IMG/VR virus record: IMGVR_UViG_3300025645_000415
Location: 1 to 25,270 of that record
Source of the DNA: a virus
Taxonomy: Duplodnaviria; Caudoviricetes
Direction: 5' to 3' (one strand)
DNA length: 25,270 bases
Below, in pieces: positions 15,305 to 21,818 of the stretch. The first letter of the stretch is position 1, and each line of letters opens with the position of its first letter. The notes under the pieces were generated by a model, which saw only the letters and a program-made list of their open reading frames with translations, did not search any database and was not told the origin of the DNA. The position numbers and the translations under genes were made by a program.

Positions 15305-15714
15305 TACTCTATAAATTTATATTCATCAAACGCATTAAAACTCGGACAAGCCTTTTCACTAAAATCCCTATGGCCATAAATAACCGCTTTAGAATGCAAT
15401 TTTTTTAGTGTTTTTAGCAAGATTAAAAGACTTTCTTTTTGTTGTGGCGTTCTAGTATCTTTAGCGTCTAAACATTCGTCTAAACCTCCAATATAGCAAA
15501 CGCCTATCGACATTTTATTTTGCCCTCTTGAATGTGCGCCTATTTTCTCAACATTTCTGCCATAGGAAATTGAGCCGTCTAAATGGACAATATAATGATA
15601 ACCAATATCAGAAAAACCTCTTTCTAAATGCCAACTCTTTATTTCCTCGGCGCTTGTTTTTCTACCCTCCGGCGTAGCGCTACAATGAATGATTATTTTG
15701 TTTATTTGTCGCAT
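15304..15714 (-). CDS. Endolysin, N-acetylmuramoyl-L-alanine amidase (T7 lysozyme-like, Amidase_2)
   Basis: IIIHCSAT, FSDIGYH, GAH..G.N..SIGVCYIGG, GHRD, KACPSF zinc-amidase motifs. Confidence 0.95.
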   Translation of the reverse strand: MRQINKIIIHCSATPEGRKTSAEEIKSWHLERGFSDIGYHYIVHLDGSISYGRNVEKIGAHSRGQNKMSIGVCYIGGLDECLDAKDTRTPQQKESLLILLKTLKKLHSKAVIYGHRDFSEKACPSFNAFDEYKFIE

Positions 15715-15723
15715 TGTTTTGTT

Positions 15724-16320
15724 TTAGAAATGAGATATAATAGTAATTAAAAAATTCTCAACAGTTGCCGTTGCTCCTGATTTATCAACTTTAACTTGAA
15801 TTTTACAACCACTTGTTAAAATATCTGTATGTGTAAATAATTGAGTAGTTCTCGAATACCTTACTAAATCATTATTACTTGCGATATTATCGTGCATAAA
15901 TTCAACACTTTTTCCGGTATCAGGAAAATATAAACGTGCGTCAAGTCTTGTATTTGATGCTCCGGCAGTTATATCAAAATCGTTTCTAACAATCATAACT
16001 CTACCGGCTCCAACTTCAGAAAAATCTAGTGAGTTAGATGCTGAGTTCCATAAATCGCCAGTTACAAAGCTAGGTTTGTATGTTGTTATTGTTCCGCTTC
16101 CGGCCTTGTCATTTGTTAAATCTGTCCAAACGTTTTGCGTTAGATTTATTGGCGTTGTCGTAGTTGCTGAATCTTCATAATCAACCCATCCACCTTGCGA
16201 ATCATACAAAGCATTTACTGAATTTTTTATTTCGTTTATATTAGCAGCAGTTACCTTATTAGCTTCAGGAAGTACTGAGGTTTGATTGTCTAATTTTGTT
16301 GAGAAAGTTATTTTAGCCAT
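15724..16320 (-). CDS. Hypothetical virion protein (possible collar/neck fibre)
   Basis: N-terminal KVTAANINEIK..VN short coiled segment typical of fibre anchors, then a beta-rich domain; follows the tail terminator. Confidence 0.55.
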   Translation of the reverse strand: MAKITFSTKLDNQTSVLPEANKVTAANINEIKNSVNALYDSQGGWVDYEDSATTTTPINLTQNVWTDLTNDKAGSGTITTYKPSFVTGDLWNSASNSLDFSEVGAGRVMIVRNDFDITAGASNTRLDARLYFPDTGKSVEFMHDNIASNNDLVRYSRTTQLFTHTDILTSGCKIQVKVDKSGATATVENFLITIISHF

Positions 16321-16330
16321 TATTTATATT

Positions 16331-16816
16331 TTATGATTGTAATTCGTTTTGTAATTCACTTTGTAAACCTCCAACTGCGTTAATTTGTTCAATCTTGTTT
16401 GATAGTTCAATTATACCTCTAAAATAAGTTGAATCTGCTAGATCATCTTCTAAATAGGTAACGCCATTGTTTACACTTGTATAAACATTAAATCCGTTAG
16501 GCGCTAAATTAATATAATTTGCAGACCTAGTTCTAACATTTTCAAGGCATTGTGAAACCATTAAATTAGTGTCTAATTGTCCGCCATCATCCGAGTAGAA
16601 TTTTGAAATACATTCTATTCGTGTTATTGTTTCGGTTATGAATGATTGTTGGTTTTGGTCTGTTTCGTCTGTTGAAACTGAATAAACTCTAATTAATGGA
16701 TAGGTTGCATCCGTTGGAATACGATTGTAAATCGGTACGGCGACATTGTTAATTAAAACATTGCCGTTTAATTTTGCAATAATTCCTTTCCTTACATAGT
16801 GAATCGCCTCTAACAT
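16331..16816 (-). CDS. Tail terminator / tail completion protein (DUF3168-like)
   Basis: Position after the HK97 gp10-like gene; VPIYNRIP.DATYP.I motif. Confidence 0.7.
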   Translation of the reverse strand: MLEAIHYVRKGIIAKLNGNVLINNVAVPIYNRIPTDATYPLIRVYSVSTDETDQNQQSFITETITRIECISKFYSDDGGQLDTNLMVSQCLENVRTRSANYINLAPNGFNVYTSVNNGVTYLEDDLADSTYFRGIIELSNKIEQINAVGGLQSELQNELQS

Positions 16817-16817
16817 C

Positions 16818-17249
16818 TTATTTTATTGCTTTTTTAATTTCGCCATTTAAACGAGTTAATAATTTTTTTAATCCTATTCTAGCAGAGCCAAAGAAAAACG
16901 GCTGAGGTTTCATATAACCTGGCTTAGCGCCTTTAAATTGTTCGGCATAACTCTTTGGTATTCCAAGTTTTAGCATATCATCAAAAGTTACAAAAGCACC
17001 CGTTCCAAATTCTAGGTAAGGCGCATATTTTGCTCCGGCTATAACCTCCACAGTTTTGCCTTTCTTTTCTGACCTTATTGATTGCCTTAGTGTACCCTTA
17101 TCAACTGGTGCAGCTCTTTTTGCAATCCTAGCTATATCCATACCGGCCGAGCCTAATTCTCTTGATAACGTATTTTTATCAAAGGAACGCAAATTGTCTA
17201 ACTTTTTTTTAAGTTGATCCAAGTCAGATTGGTCGATTTTAATATTCAT
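16818..17249 (-). CDS. HK97 gp10-family tail component
   Basis: AKR.APVDKGTLRQSI, A.YAPYLEFGTG, M.PQPFF motifs. Confidence 0.9.
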   Translation of the reverse strand: MNIKIDQSDLDQLKKKLDNLRSFDKNTLSRELGSAGMDIARIAKRAAPVDKGTLRQSIRSEKKGKTVEVIAGAKYAPYLEFGTGAFVTFDDMLKLGIPKSYAEQFKGAKPGYMKPQPFFFGSARIGLKKLLTRLNGEIKKAIK

Positions 17250-17250
17250 T

Positions 17251-17577
17251 TTATTGAGATTTTGTTGCTAATAATTTAGTATAAAAATCTAAATCAAACT
17301 CATACTTTTCATTTATACGATAATTCTTTGTACCGCCCTCTAATGTAAATATATCTCCTAACTGAATTAAATCTGCGGTATTTTTACGCATCATTATTTC
17401 AATCTGAACGTCTTGCGTTCTTTTACCTAGTTTGTTGCTTATATCTCCGCTAATTTGCTTTAAATTGCACCATACAGTTGCAACCTCTGACAAAGTAGAA
17501 TTAAACCCGCCAAATTCATCAGGCGACTTAACTAATCGCTTTATTGTTATTTTAGAATCTAGTTTTCCGGCGTCCAT
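17251..17577 (-). CDS. Head closure / head-tail adaptor (SPP1 gp16-like)
   Basis: M.AGKL...ITI......DEFGG......VATVW motif and position. Confidence 0.85.
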   Translation of the reverse strand: MDAGKLDSKITIKRLVKSPDEFGGFNSTLSEVATVWCNLKQISGDISNKLGKRTQDVQIEIMMRKNTADLIQLGDIFTLEGGTKNYRINEKYEFDLDFYTKLLATKSQ

Positions 17578-18092
17578 TAAATAAACATAGTTTTATAAGA
17601 CGTTAAAATTTGTCTTGTTGATGTTGGTATTTCTGAAACATTATCTTGCTCAGTAATAAAATCCGCCCTATTATCGTAATACGTTGATATAAGTTGCAAC
17701 ATCGCTTGTTTTACTAAAGAATCATTTATTCCTAATGTTACATAGGTAATTTTAACTCTTTCGGCAGAGCCTCCATCTAGTTCAATCGTTTCATTATCTA
17801 AGCCAAGTATTTCATAATCAGTTGTAGCCGTTCCGTCAATAGTTACCTCTGATATACTAGCAATCGGGCCAAAAGGTAAATCAAACAAACCATTGGTTGT
17901 ATCTAAGTAATACGTTCTATTTTTTGGAACAATATCTCTTGAAATATAATTTTCGCACCATATTCGAGCCTGAGAAATCATTGCGGTAATTAAATTATCA
18001 TCTGCGCTTGTATCAATACGAGCGTAGTCTTTAACATTTTGAGCCGTTAATATTTCATTACCGGTTGTTGCGTTGATTTTAATTTGTCTCAT
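17577..18092 (-). CDS. Head-tail connector protein (HK97 gp6 / phiE125 gp8-like)
   Basis: VKDY.RID...DD.LI..MI..AR...E.YI.R and KQAML.L....YDNR. Start moved to ATG 18092 (MRQIK). Confidence 0.88.
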   Translation of the reverse strand: MRQIKINATTGNEILTAQNVKDYARIDTSADDNLITAMISQARIWCENYISRDIVPKNRTYYLDTTNGLFDLPFGPIASISEVTIDGTATTDYEILGLDNETIELDGGSAERVKITYVTLGINDSLVKQAMLQLISTYYDNRADFITEQDNVSEIPTSTRQILTSYKTMFI

Positions 18093-18285
18093 CTGATTTG
18101 ATTTCTTTATATTCAACCTTTAGTTCTTTAGTTTCAAAGGTTTGTTTCTCTTTCTTTTTAGATATCTTAGATCCTAAACCTTTTTTAATCCAGTTCTTAG
18201 CAGTATTTGCGTCTAAATCTATAACATCGCCCTCATTGTAACGCTTGTCTCCTTTTAAAATGGATTGTTTTATTTTTAGTTTCAT
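18079..18285 (-). CDS. Small basic protein of the head-completion region (68 aa)
   Basis: MKLKIKQSILKGDKRYNEGDVIDLDANTAKNWIKKGLG..., the Y..GD.I.L....A..W...G pattern of small post-capsid proteins. Start moved to 18285 because the ORF-track extension crosses a terminator. Confidence 0.72.
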   Translation of the reverse strand: MKLKIKQSILKGDKRYNEGDVIDLDANTAKNWIKKGLGSKISKKKEKQTFETKELKVEYKEIKSDETN

Positions 18286-18308
18286 ATTATGAATATTTTT
18301 GTAAAGAT

Positions 18309-18344
18309 AAAAAAAAAGCGCCACATTAGTTTGCGACGCCTTTT
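18309..18344 (-). terminator. Intrinsic terminator after the endonuclease gene
   Basis: Minus strand GGCGTCGCA-AACTAA-TGTGGCGCT followed by a T tract. Confidence 0.7.
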
Positions 18345-18369
18345 CGTTGGAAAACAAAATTGAAAACAT

Positions 18370-18729
18370 TTAAAGTTCTGCAAAGTTATTAAAATATTTT
18401 AAATATTTAGGCGATGTTAATTCAAATGATTTTCGTTTGCCGTCATTTTTTAAAATAAAGAATCCGTCTTTGTCTCTGTAATAAATAGCAAAAAAATCTA
18501 CGTCTTTTTTACTGTATGATTTTTTCTTTGTATCTCTTAAAAAAACTCTTGTTCTATTTTTGTGATTATTAACTGACTTGATTTGTACTTTAAACAACCC
18601 TTTAGACGTTTCAATGATGCAGTCATATCTTGAAGTGTGTAATAAAGGAAAAGAAACATAAAAACCGTTTTCCATTGCGGTAGTTGCAAACTTATATTCA
18701 GCTAAACATCCAATTTGACTGCTATCCAT
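18370..18729 (-). CDS. Free-standing PD-(D/E)XK endonuclease (PDDEXK_5 / I-Ssp6803I-like)
   Basis: G.LAE..F......G..VSFP.....RYD.I......LFKVQIKS...Y....VDFFAIY. Start moved to ATG 18729 (MDSSQIG). Confidence 0.85.
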   Translation of the reverse strand: MDSSQIGCLAEYKFATTAMENGFYVSFPLLHTSRYDCIIETSKGLFKVQIKSVNNHKNRTRVFLRDTKKKSYSKKDVDFFAIYYRDKDGFFILKNDGKRKSFELTSPKYLKYFNNFAEL

Positions 18730-18749
18730 ATTTGTAAAGATAACAAAAT

Positions 18750-18780
18750 AAAAAAAACCCACGTTTTAACGTAGGTTGGT
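18750..18780 (-). terminator. Intrinsic terminator ending the accessory mini-operon
   Basis: Minus strand AACCTACGT-TAAA-ACGTGGGTT followed by a T tract. Confidence 0.7.
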
Positions 18781-18803
18781 AATCATTTGAAAGCGTTAAG
18801 GAG

Positions 18804-18941
18804 TTACCTATTGGATGCGTTTAAGCAACTAAAACAACAATAATGTTTACCTAAAGAAACATCAACTCCGCACTCCATACATTCGCTCTTTTGCTCTAAA
18901 GAATCTAAATGCTCGTTTAATTCGTGGTCAACTATACACAT
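18804..18941 (-). CDS. Small zinc-finger peptide (45 aa)
   Basis: Manual: MCIVDHELNEHLDSLEQKSECMECGVDVSLGKHYCCFSCLNASNR*; CxxC-x10-CxxxC treble-clef-like pattern; overlaps the DUF3310 stop. Confidence 0.65.
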   Translation of the reverse strand: MCIVDHELNEHLDSLEQKSECMECGVDVSLGKHYCCFSCLNASNR

Positions 18942-19147
18942 AACTTCTTTTTTTCTAGGTAATTAATTTCTCTTTCTAAACAAGTAATCGCCTTTTCTAA
19001 ATCCTCAATCTCTGTGTCTTGTTTTTTTACTCCCGCCCTTACAATGTATTTAACGGCGTTTCCTCTAGCAAAGGATAAATTGTAATCGTTTGCAATATCT
19101 ATGACGTCATAGTTGGCGCCATTGTCGTAGTGTTTTGGTTTGCTCAT
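18932..19147 (-). CDS. DUF3310 family protein (T7 gp1.7 / SaV-like)
   Basis: P.HY......VID......L.F..GNAVKY..RAG.K....EDLEKA...L.REI. Confidence 0.88.
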   Translation of the reverse strand: MSKPKHYDNGANYDVIDIANDYNLSFARGNAVKYIVRAGVKKQDTEIEDLEKAITCLEREINYLEKKKLCV

Positions 19148-19233
19148 TATACGTTAAATATTAAACCCGTTAATAATCTGACGATGAAATAGCTAGGCGC
19201 TAAAATCAATACTAATGTTTGTAGTTTTTTCAT
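19147..19233 (-). CDS. Small hydrophobic peptide (28 aa)
   Basis: Manual: MKKLQTLVLILAPSYFIVRLLTGLIFNV*; TAATG overlap with the DUF3310 gene; A-rich leader. Confidence 0.5.
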   Translation of the reverse strand: MKKLQTLVLILAPSYFIVRLLTGLIFNV

Positions 19234-19247
19234 TTTGTTTTGTTTTT

Positions 19248-19271
19248 AAAAGGGAGGTTTTTACGCCTCCC
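19248..19271 (-). terminator. Hairpin/weak terminator inside the accessory island
   Basis: Minus strand GGGAGG-CGTAAAAA-CCTCCC-TTTT. Confidence 0.55.
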
Positions 19272-19287
19272 GATTTGTTATTTATTA

Positions 19288-19524
19288 TTAAAAATGTATT
19301 TCTTCGTTTTTCCAAGCATTAACAACTTGTTTAATGCTTTTTACTTTCTGATAACCGTTCTCAAATTGTTCCCAGTTTAAATAAGCATTTTGACCAACTA
19401 AATAAGTTCTTTCGATTAAACAAGATTTATCAAATACAACGCAACCATTTTCTCCGATTAATGAGGTTGTGTAAATTTGAATTTCATTCCCTTTTGATGT
19501 CTTAAATTTTGCAATAGTTTTCAT
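19288..19524 (-). CDS. Hypothetical protein (78 aa)
   Basis: MKTIAKFKTSKGNEIQIY...; start moved to ATG 19524, downstream of the promoter at 19564. Confidence 0.65.
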   Translation of the reverse strand: MKTIAKFKTSKGNEIQIYTTSLIGENGCVVFDKSCLIERTYLVGQNAYLNWEQFENGYQKVKSIKQVVNAWKNEEIHF

Positions 19525-19563
19525 AATTGTTTGTCTTAACGTGGTAGTTTGTTTCCCACACTC

Positions 19564-19600
19564 CAAAGATAAAACCTTTTTTGGAATTAAAAAAATATTT
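19564..19600 (-). promoter_or_regulatory. Putative promoter, -7 box TATCTTTG
   Basis: Exact TAnnTTTG at 19564-19571 plus an upstream ATTTTTTTAATT block like those of the early-region promoters. Confidence 0.55.
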
Positions 19601-19659
19601 TCAGTTTTATTTAAAGTTTTTTTTCATTTTATTTGTAACACCTTGAAAATTAAGGGCAT

Positions 19660-19692
19660 AAAAAAAGACCTAGAAATTAATCTAGGCCTTTC
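19660..19692 (-). terminator. Intrinsic terminator after major capsid
   Basis: Minus strand AGGCCTAGA-TTAATT-TCTAGGTCT followed by a T tract. Confidence 0.78.
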
Positions 19693-19712
19693 AAAATAAA
19701 TTATTTTAGTTA

Positions 19713-20906
19713 TTATGGAGTCTCTAATGCTGCGATTGCAGTTGCAAAAGATCCATTTACAAACGCATTTGGTAAGTAGTTTGTTAAAGCAACTCTTTCG
19801 CTTACTCTAACAGTTACAAAACCATCTCTTACGTTAGTACCATCTTCTCTAAAGAATTCAACGTTTACACCTTGTCTAACCCATAACTGAGTACCGATAC
19901 CAAAGTTTCCAATTAAGAAACTTCCCGCAGCGATTGCAGTGTTTTGAATTACTTTTACTCCTGAAAAAGAAGGTTGTAATCCGTTATAAACTTGGTCTTT
20001 CAAATATTTGTTAGTTGAATCTTTTAACAATAAGATTTTGTTAAAGTCAGTAGGATTTAACATAATACAGTCAGCGCTATAATTCAATAATGATAATTGA
20101 TTTAATGCAGCAACGATAACGTCAAACTCATTTGCAGATTCAACAGACTGATAAAAAGCACCACTTGCAGAAACATCAAAGTCAGCTGCGTCAGTAATGA
20201 TTCCGCTTAAATTAGCACCAGTTCCGTCTCCGCTTAATATTTGAGCATCTTCTACTTCTAAAAGTTTCTCAGGCGCTCTTGCAGAAAGGTATGATGTTAA
20301 TTGAGGCGTATCAGCTAACATTTCCTCAGAAATACGGAAGTAAGTTCCGATTTTTCTTACGTTAGCATCAGCCGCAGTCATATCAAAATCAGATTGTGTT
20401 AAAGTAGTACCTTCAGCAGTTGCAGCAGCACCATTAGAATATCCTGATTCTTTTACATATCTTACAACATCAGATTGAGTTGATCCAGTAGCTAGTAATT
20501 GTCTTACGTGAACTGGTCTTGTTGGGTCAAATTTATAACCTGGTACTCTGTCCGCCGGAATTACCTCTCCGGTAAAATCAGCAGCAACAGTCATATCTGC
20601 TTTTAATTCAAATGATGCGCTTCTTGAATTACCTTTTGCAATTCCTTCTACCGCTCCATTATCCAACGCCTCTTGTAAAGCACTTTTAAAAGTTACTTTC
20701 TTTTGGCTATTGAATTGTTTTTTGTTTGCTACTTCCATAGCGTCTAAACGCTCGTTTAATTTAGTAGCCATTCCACTAATTTCTGATTTTACAATCTCGT
20801 TAGCTTTTTCAACAACGTTGTTTACAACGTCTGAATTAGATTTTTCAATCTTTGCGTCAATAGACTTGCTTATTCCGTCTATTTGACCTTTTAGTTCTTC
20901 GTTCAT
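19713..20906 (-). CDS. Major capsid protein, HK97 family
   Basis: N-terminal coiled-coil delta domain; RKIG....ISEEML.D, ED.QIL.GDG.G.NL.GI, LNP.D, V.VR..ER.AL....P.AFV.G. Confidence 0.96.
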   Translation of the reverse strand: MNEELKGQIDGISKSIDAKIEKSNSDVVNNVVEKANEIVKSEISGMATKLNERLDAMEVANKKQFNSQKKVTFKSALQEALDNGAVEGIAKGNSRSASFELKADMTVAADFTGEVIPADRVPGYKFDPTRPVHVRQLLATGSTQSDVVRYVKESGYSNGAAATAEGTTLTQSDFDMTAADANVRKIGTYFRISEEMLADTPQLTSYLSARAPEKLLEVEDAQILSGDGTGANLSGIITDAADFDVSASGAFYQSVESANEFDVIVAALNQLSLLNYSADCIMLNPTDFNKILLLKDSTNKYLKDQVYNGLQPSFSGVKVIQNTAIAAGSFLIGNFGIGTQLWVRQGVNVEFFREDGTNVRDGFVTVRVSERVALTNYLPNAFVNGSFATAIAALETP

Positions 20907-20909
20907 TTT

Positions 20910-21599
20910 TTACGAATTTAATGAATTTAATAAATAATTATACACTTCGGAATCATTGCTTTTTACTTCAACATTCGGCGAAGTGATAATCTCTGTCGGC
21001 TTCGTGAACTCAATAAATAATGATTTTAATTTTAATACTTCTGCTTCAATAGCGTAACCCATTTCGTCTGAAATGTCGCCTTTGCGCAATAGTTTGGAAA
21101 GGCTATCGTATCGTTTAGAAACTTTTTCTAAATCTACGTTTCCTTTTACATCTAATATTTTAGCTTGGTCATTAGCTGCCAATGTAACGGCGCTAATTTC
21201 ATATAGTTTAACCTCGTTGATTTCTCTATAATCTCCCTTGTCTTGCTTTTGAATTGGTAATATACCTACACTATTTTCGGTTATTACTCCGCTTTTCATT
21301 AATTCAACAACATCTTTTCCTAATTGCGTTTTAGCAATCTCTGCAACAAAAACTAAACCTTTGTCATCTTCGTAAAGTTCGGTCATTTTACCGATTGGTT
21401 GATTCATATCGTGTTGATATAAATATTTAACCCTAGAGCCATTCTCGGCGATTGTCTTTTTGTAAGCGCCTTTCATAATTATATCAGAATCAGAATCTTT
21501 GTTTCCAAAGAATGATCCGTACCCTTTTATGATTCCGGCTTTTTCATCCGCATCGATTAACTCTCCAACCGGAGCTGCTTTATAAAGAATTGTATTCAT
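20910..21599 (-). CDS. HK97-family prohead protease
   Basis: GYGS.F.N.DSD.DI..KGA..KT, LYQHD...PIG, ED.KGL, SVG, V.LYEISAVT.AAN. Confidence 0.95.
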   Translation of the reverse strand: MNTILYKAAPVGELIDADEKAGIIKGYGSFFGNKDSDSDIIMKGAYKKTIAENGSRVKYLYQHDMNQPIGKMTELYEDDKGLVFVAEIAKTQLGKDVVELMKSGVITENSVGILPIQKQDKGDYREINEVKLYEISAVTLAANDQAKILDVKGNVDLEKVSKRYDSLSKLLRKGDISDEMGYAIEAEVLKLKSLFIEFTKPTEIITSPNVEVKSNDSEVYNYLLNSLNS

Positions 21600-21612
21600 A
21601 TAGAAAAATTTT

Positions 21613-21625
21613 TGTAAATATACGA
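21613..21625 (-). promoter_or_regulatory. Putative late promoter TCGTATATTTACA
   Basis: Identical to 10154-10166; 13 nt upstream of the protease ATG. Confidence 0.6.
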
Positions 21626-21628
21626 TTT

Positions 21629-21817
21629 TTAAATTTTTGTTAATTCAGAAAATTCACCCGGTATTCCGGCTTCAAAAACAATATCGTTATCTTGGTTTTT
21701 TAAAGGCTTATTGTGATTGTTTTCGCCTAAAAGAATTTCATTTGGTATTTTGTCAAAAGCTAAACACTTAAGGTCTCCAAAATAATTTTTGCAATTTATA
21801 CAAATGTTGTTTGTCAT
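21629..21817 (-). CDS. Small Cys/His protein, candidate immunity/partner of the MuF extension (62 aa)
   Basis: CINC-x8-CLAF..IP.EI..G...H..P...QDN.IVFE; starts 1 nt after the MuF stop. Confidence 0.7.
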   Translation of the reverse strand: MTNNICINCKNYFGDLKCLAFDKIPNEILLGENNHNKPLKNQDNDIVFEAGIPGEFSELTKI

Positions 21818-21818
21818 T

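Noticed and set aside
18286-18369. ORF-track upstream starts (8913, 18116, 18369, 18762, 19566)
   Set aside because: The extensions run through terminators, promoter boxes or upstream genes; downstream ATGs (8883, 18092, 18285, 18729, 19524) fit better.
18286-18800. Group I intron around the PD-(D/E)XK endonuclease
   Set aside because: Flanks are too short for a ribozyme core, consist of terminators and promoter motifs, and no host gene is interrupted.
19530-19563. Leader hairpin GTGG...CCAC as riboswitch or ncRNA
   Set aside because: Only a short stem in a ~35-nt leader; too little to support a structured RNA call.
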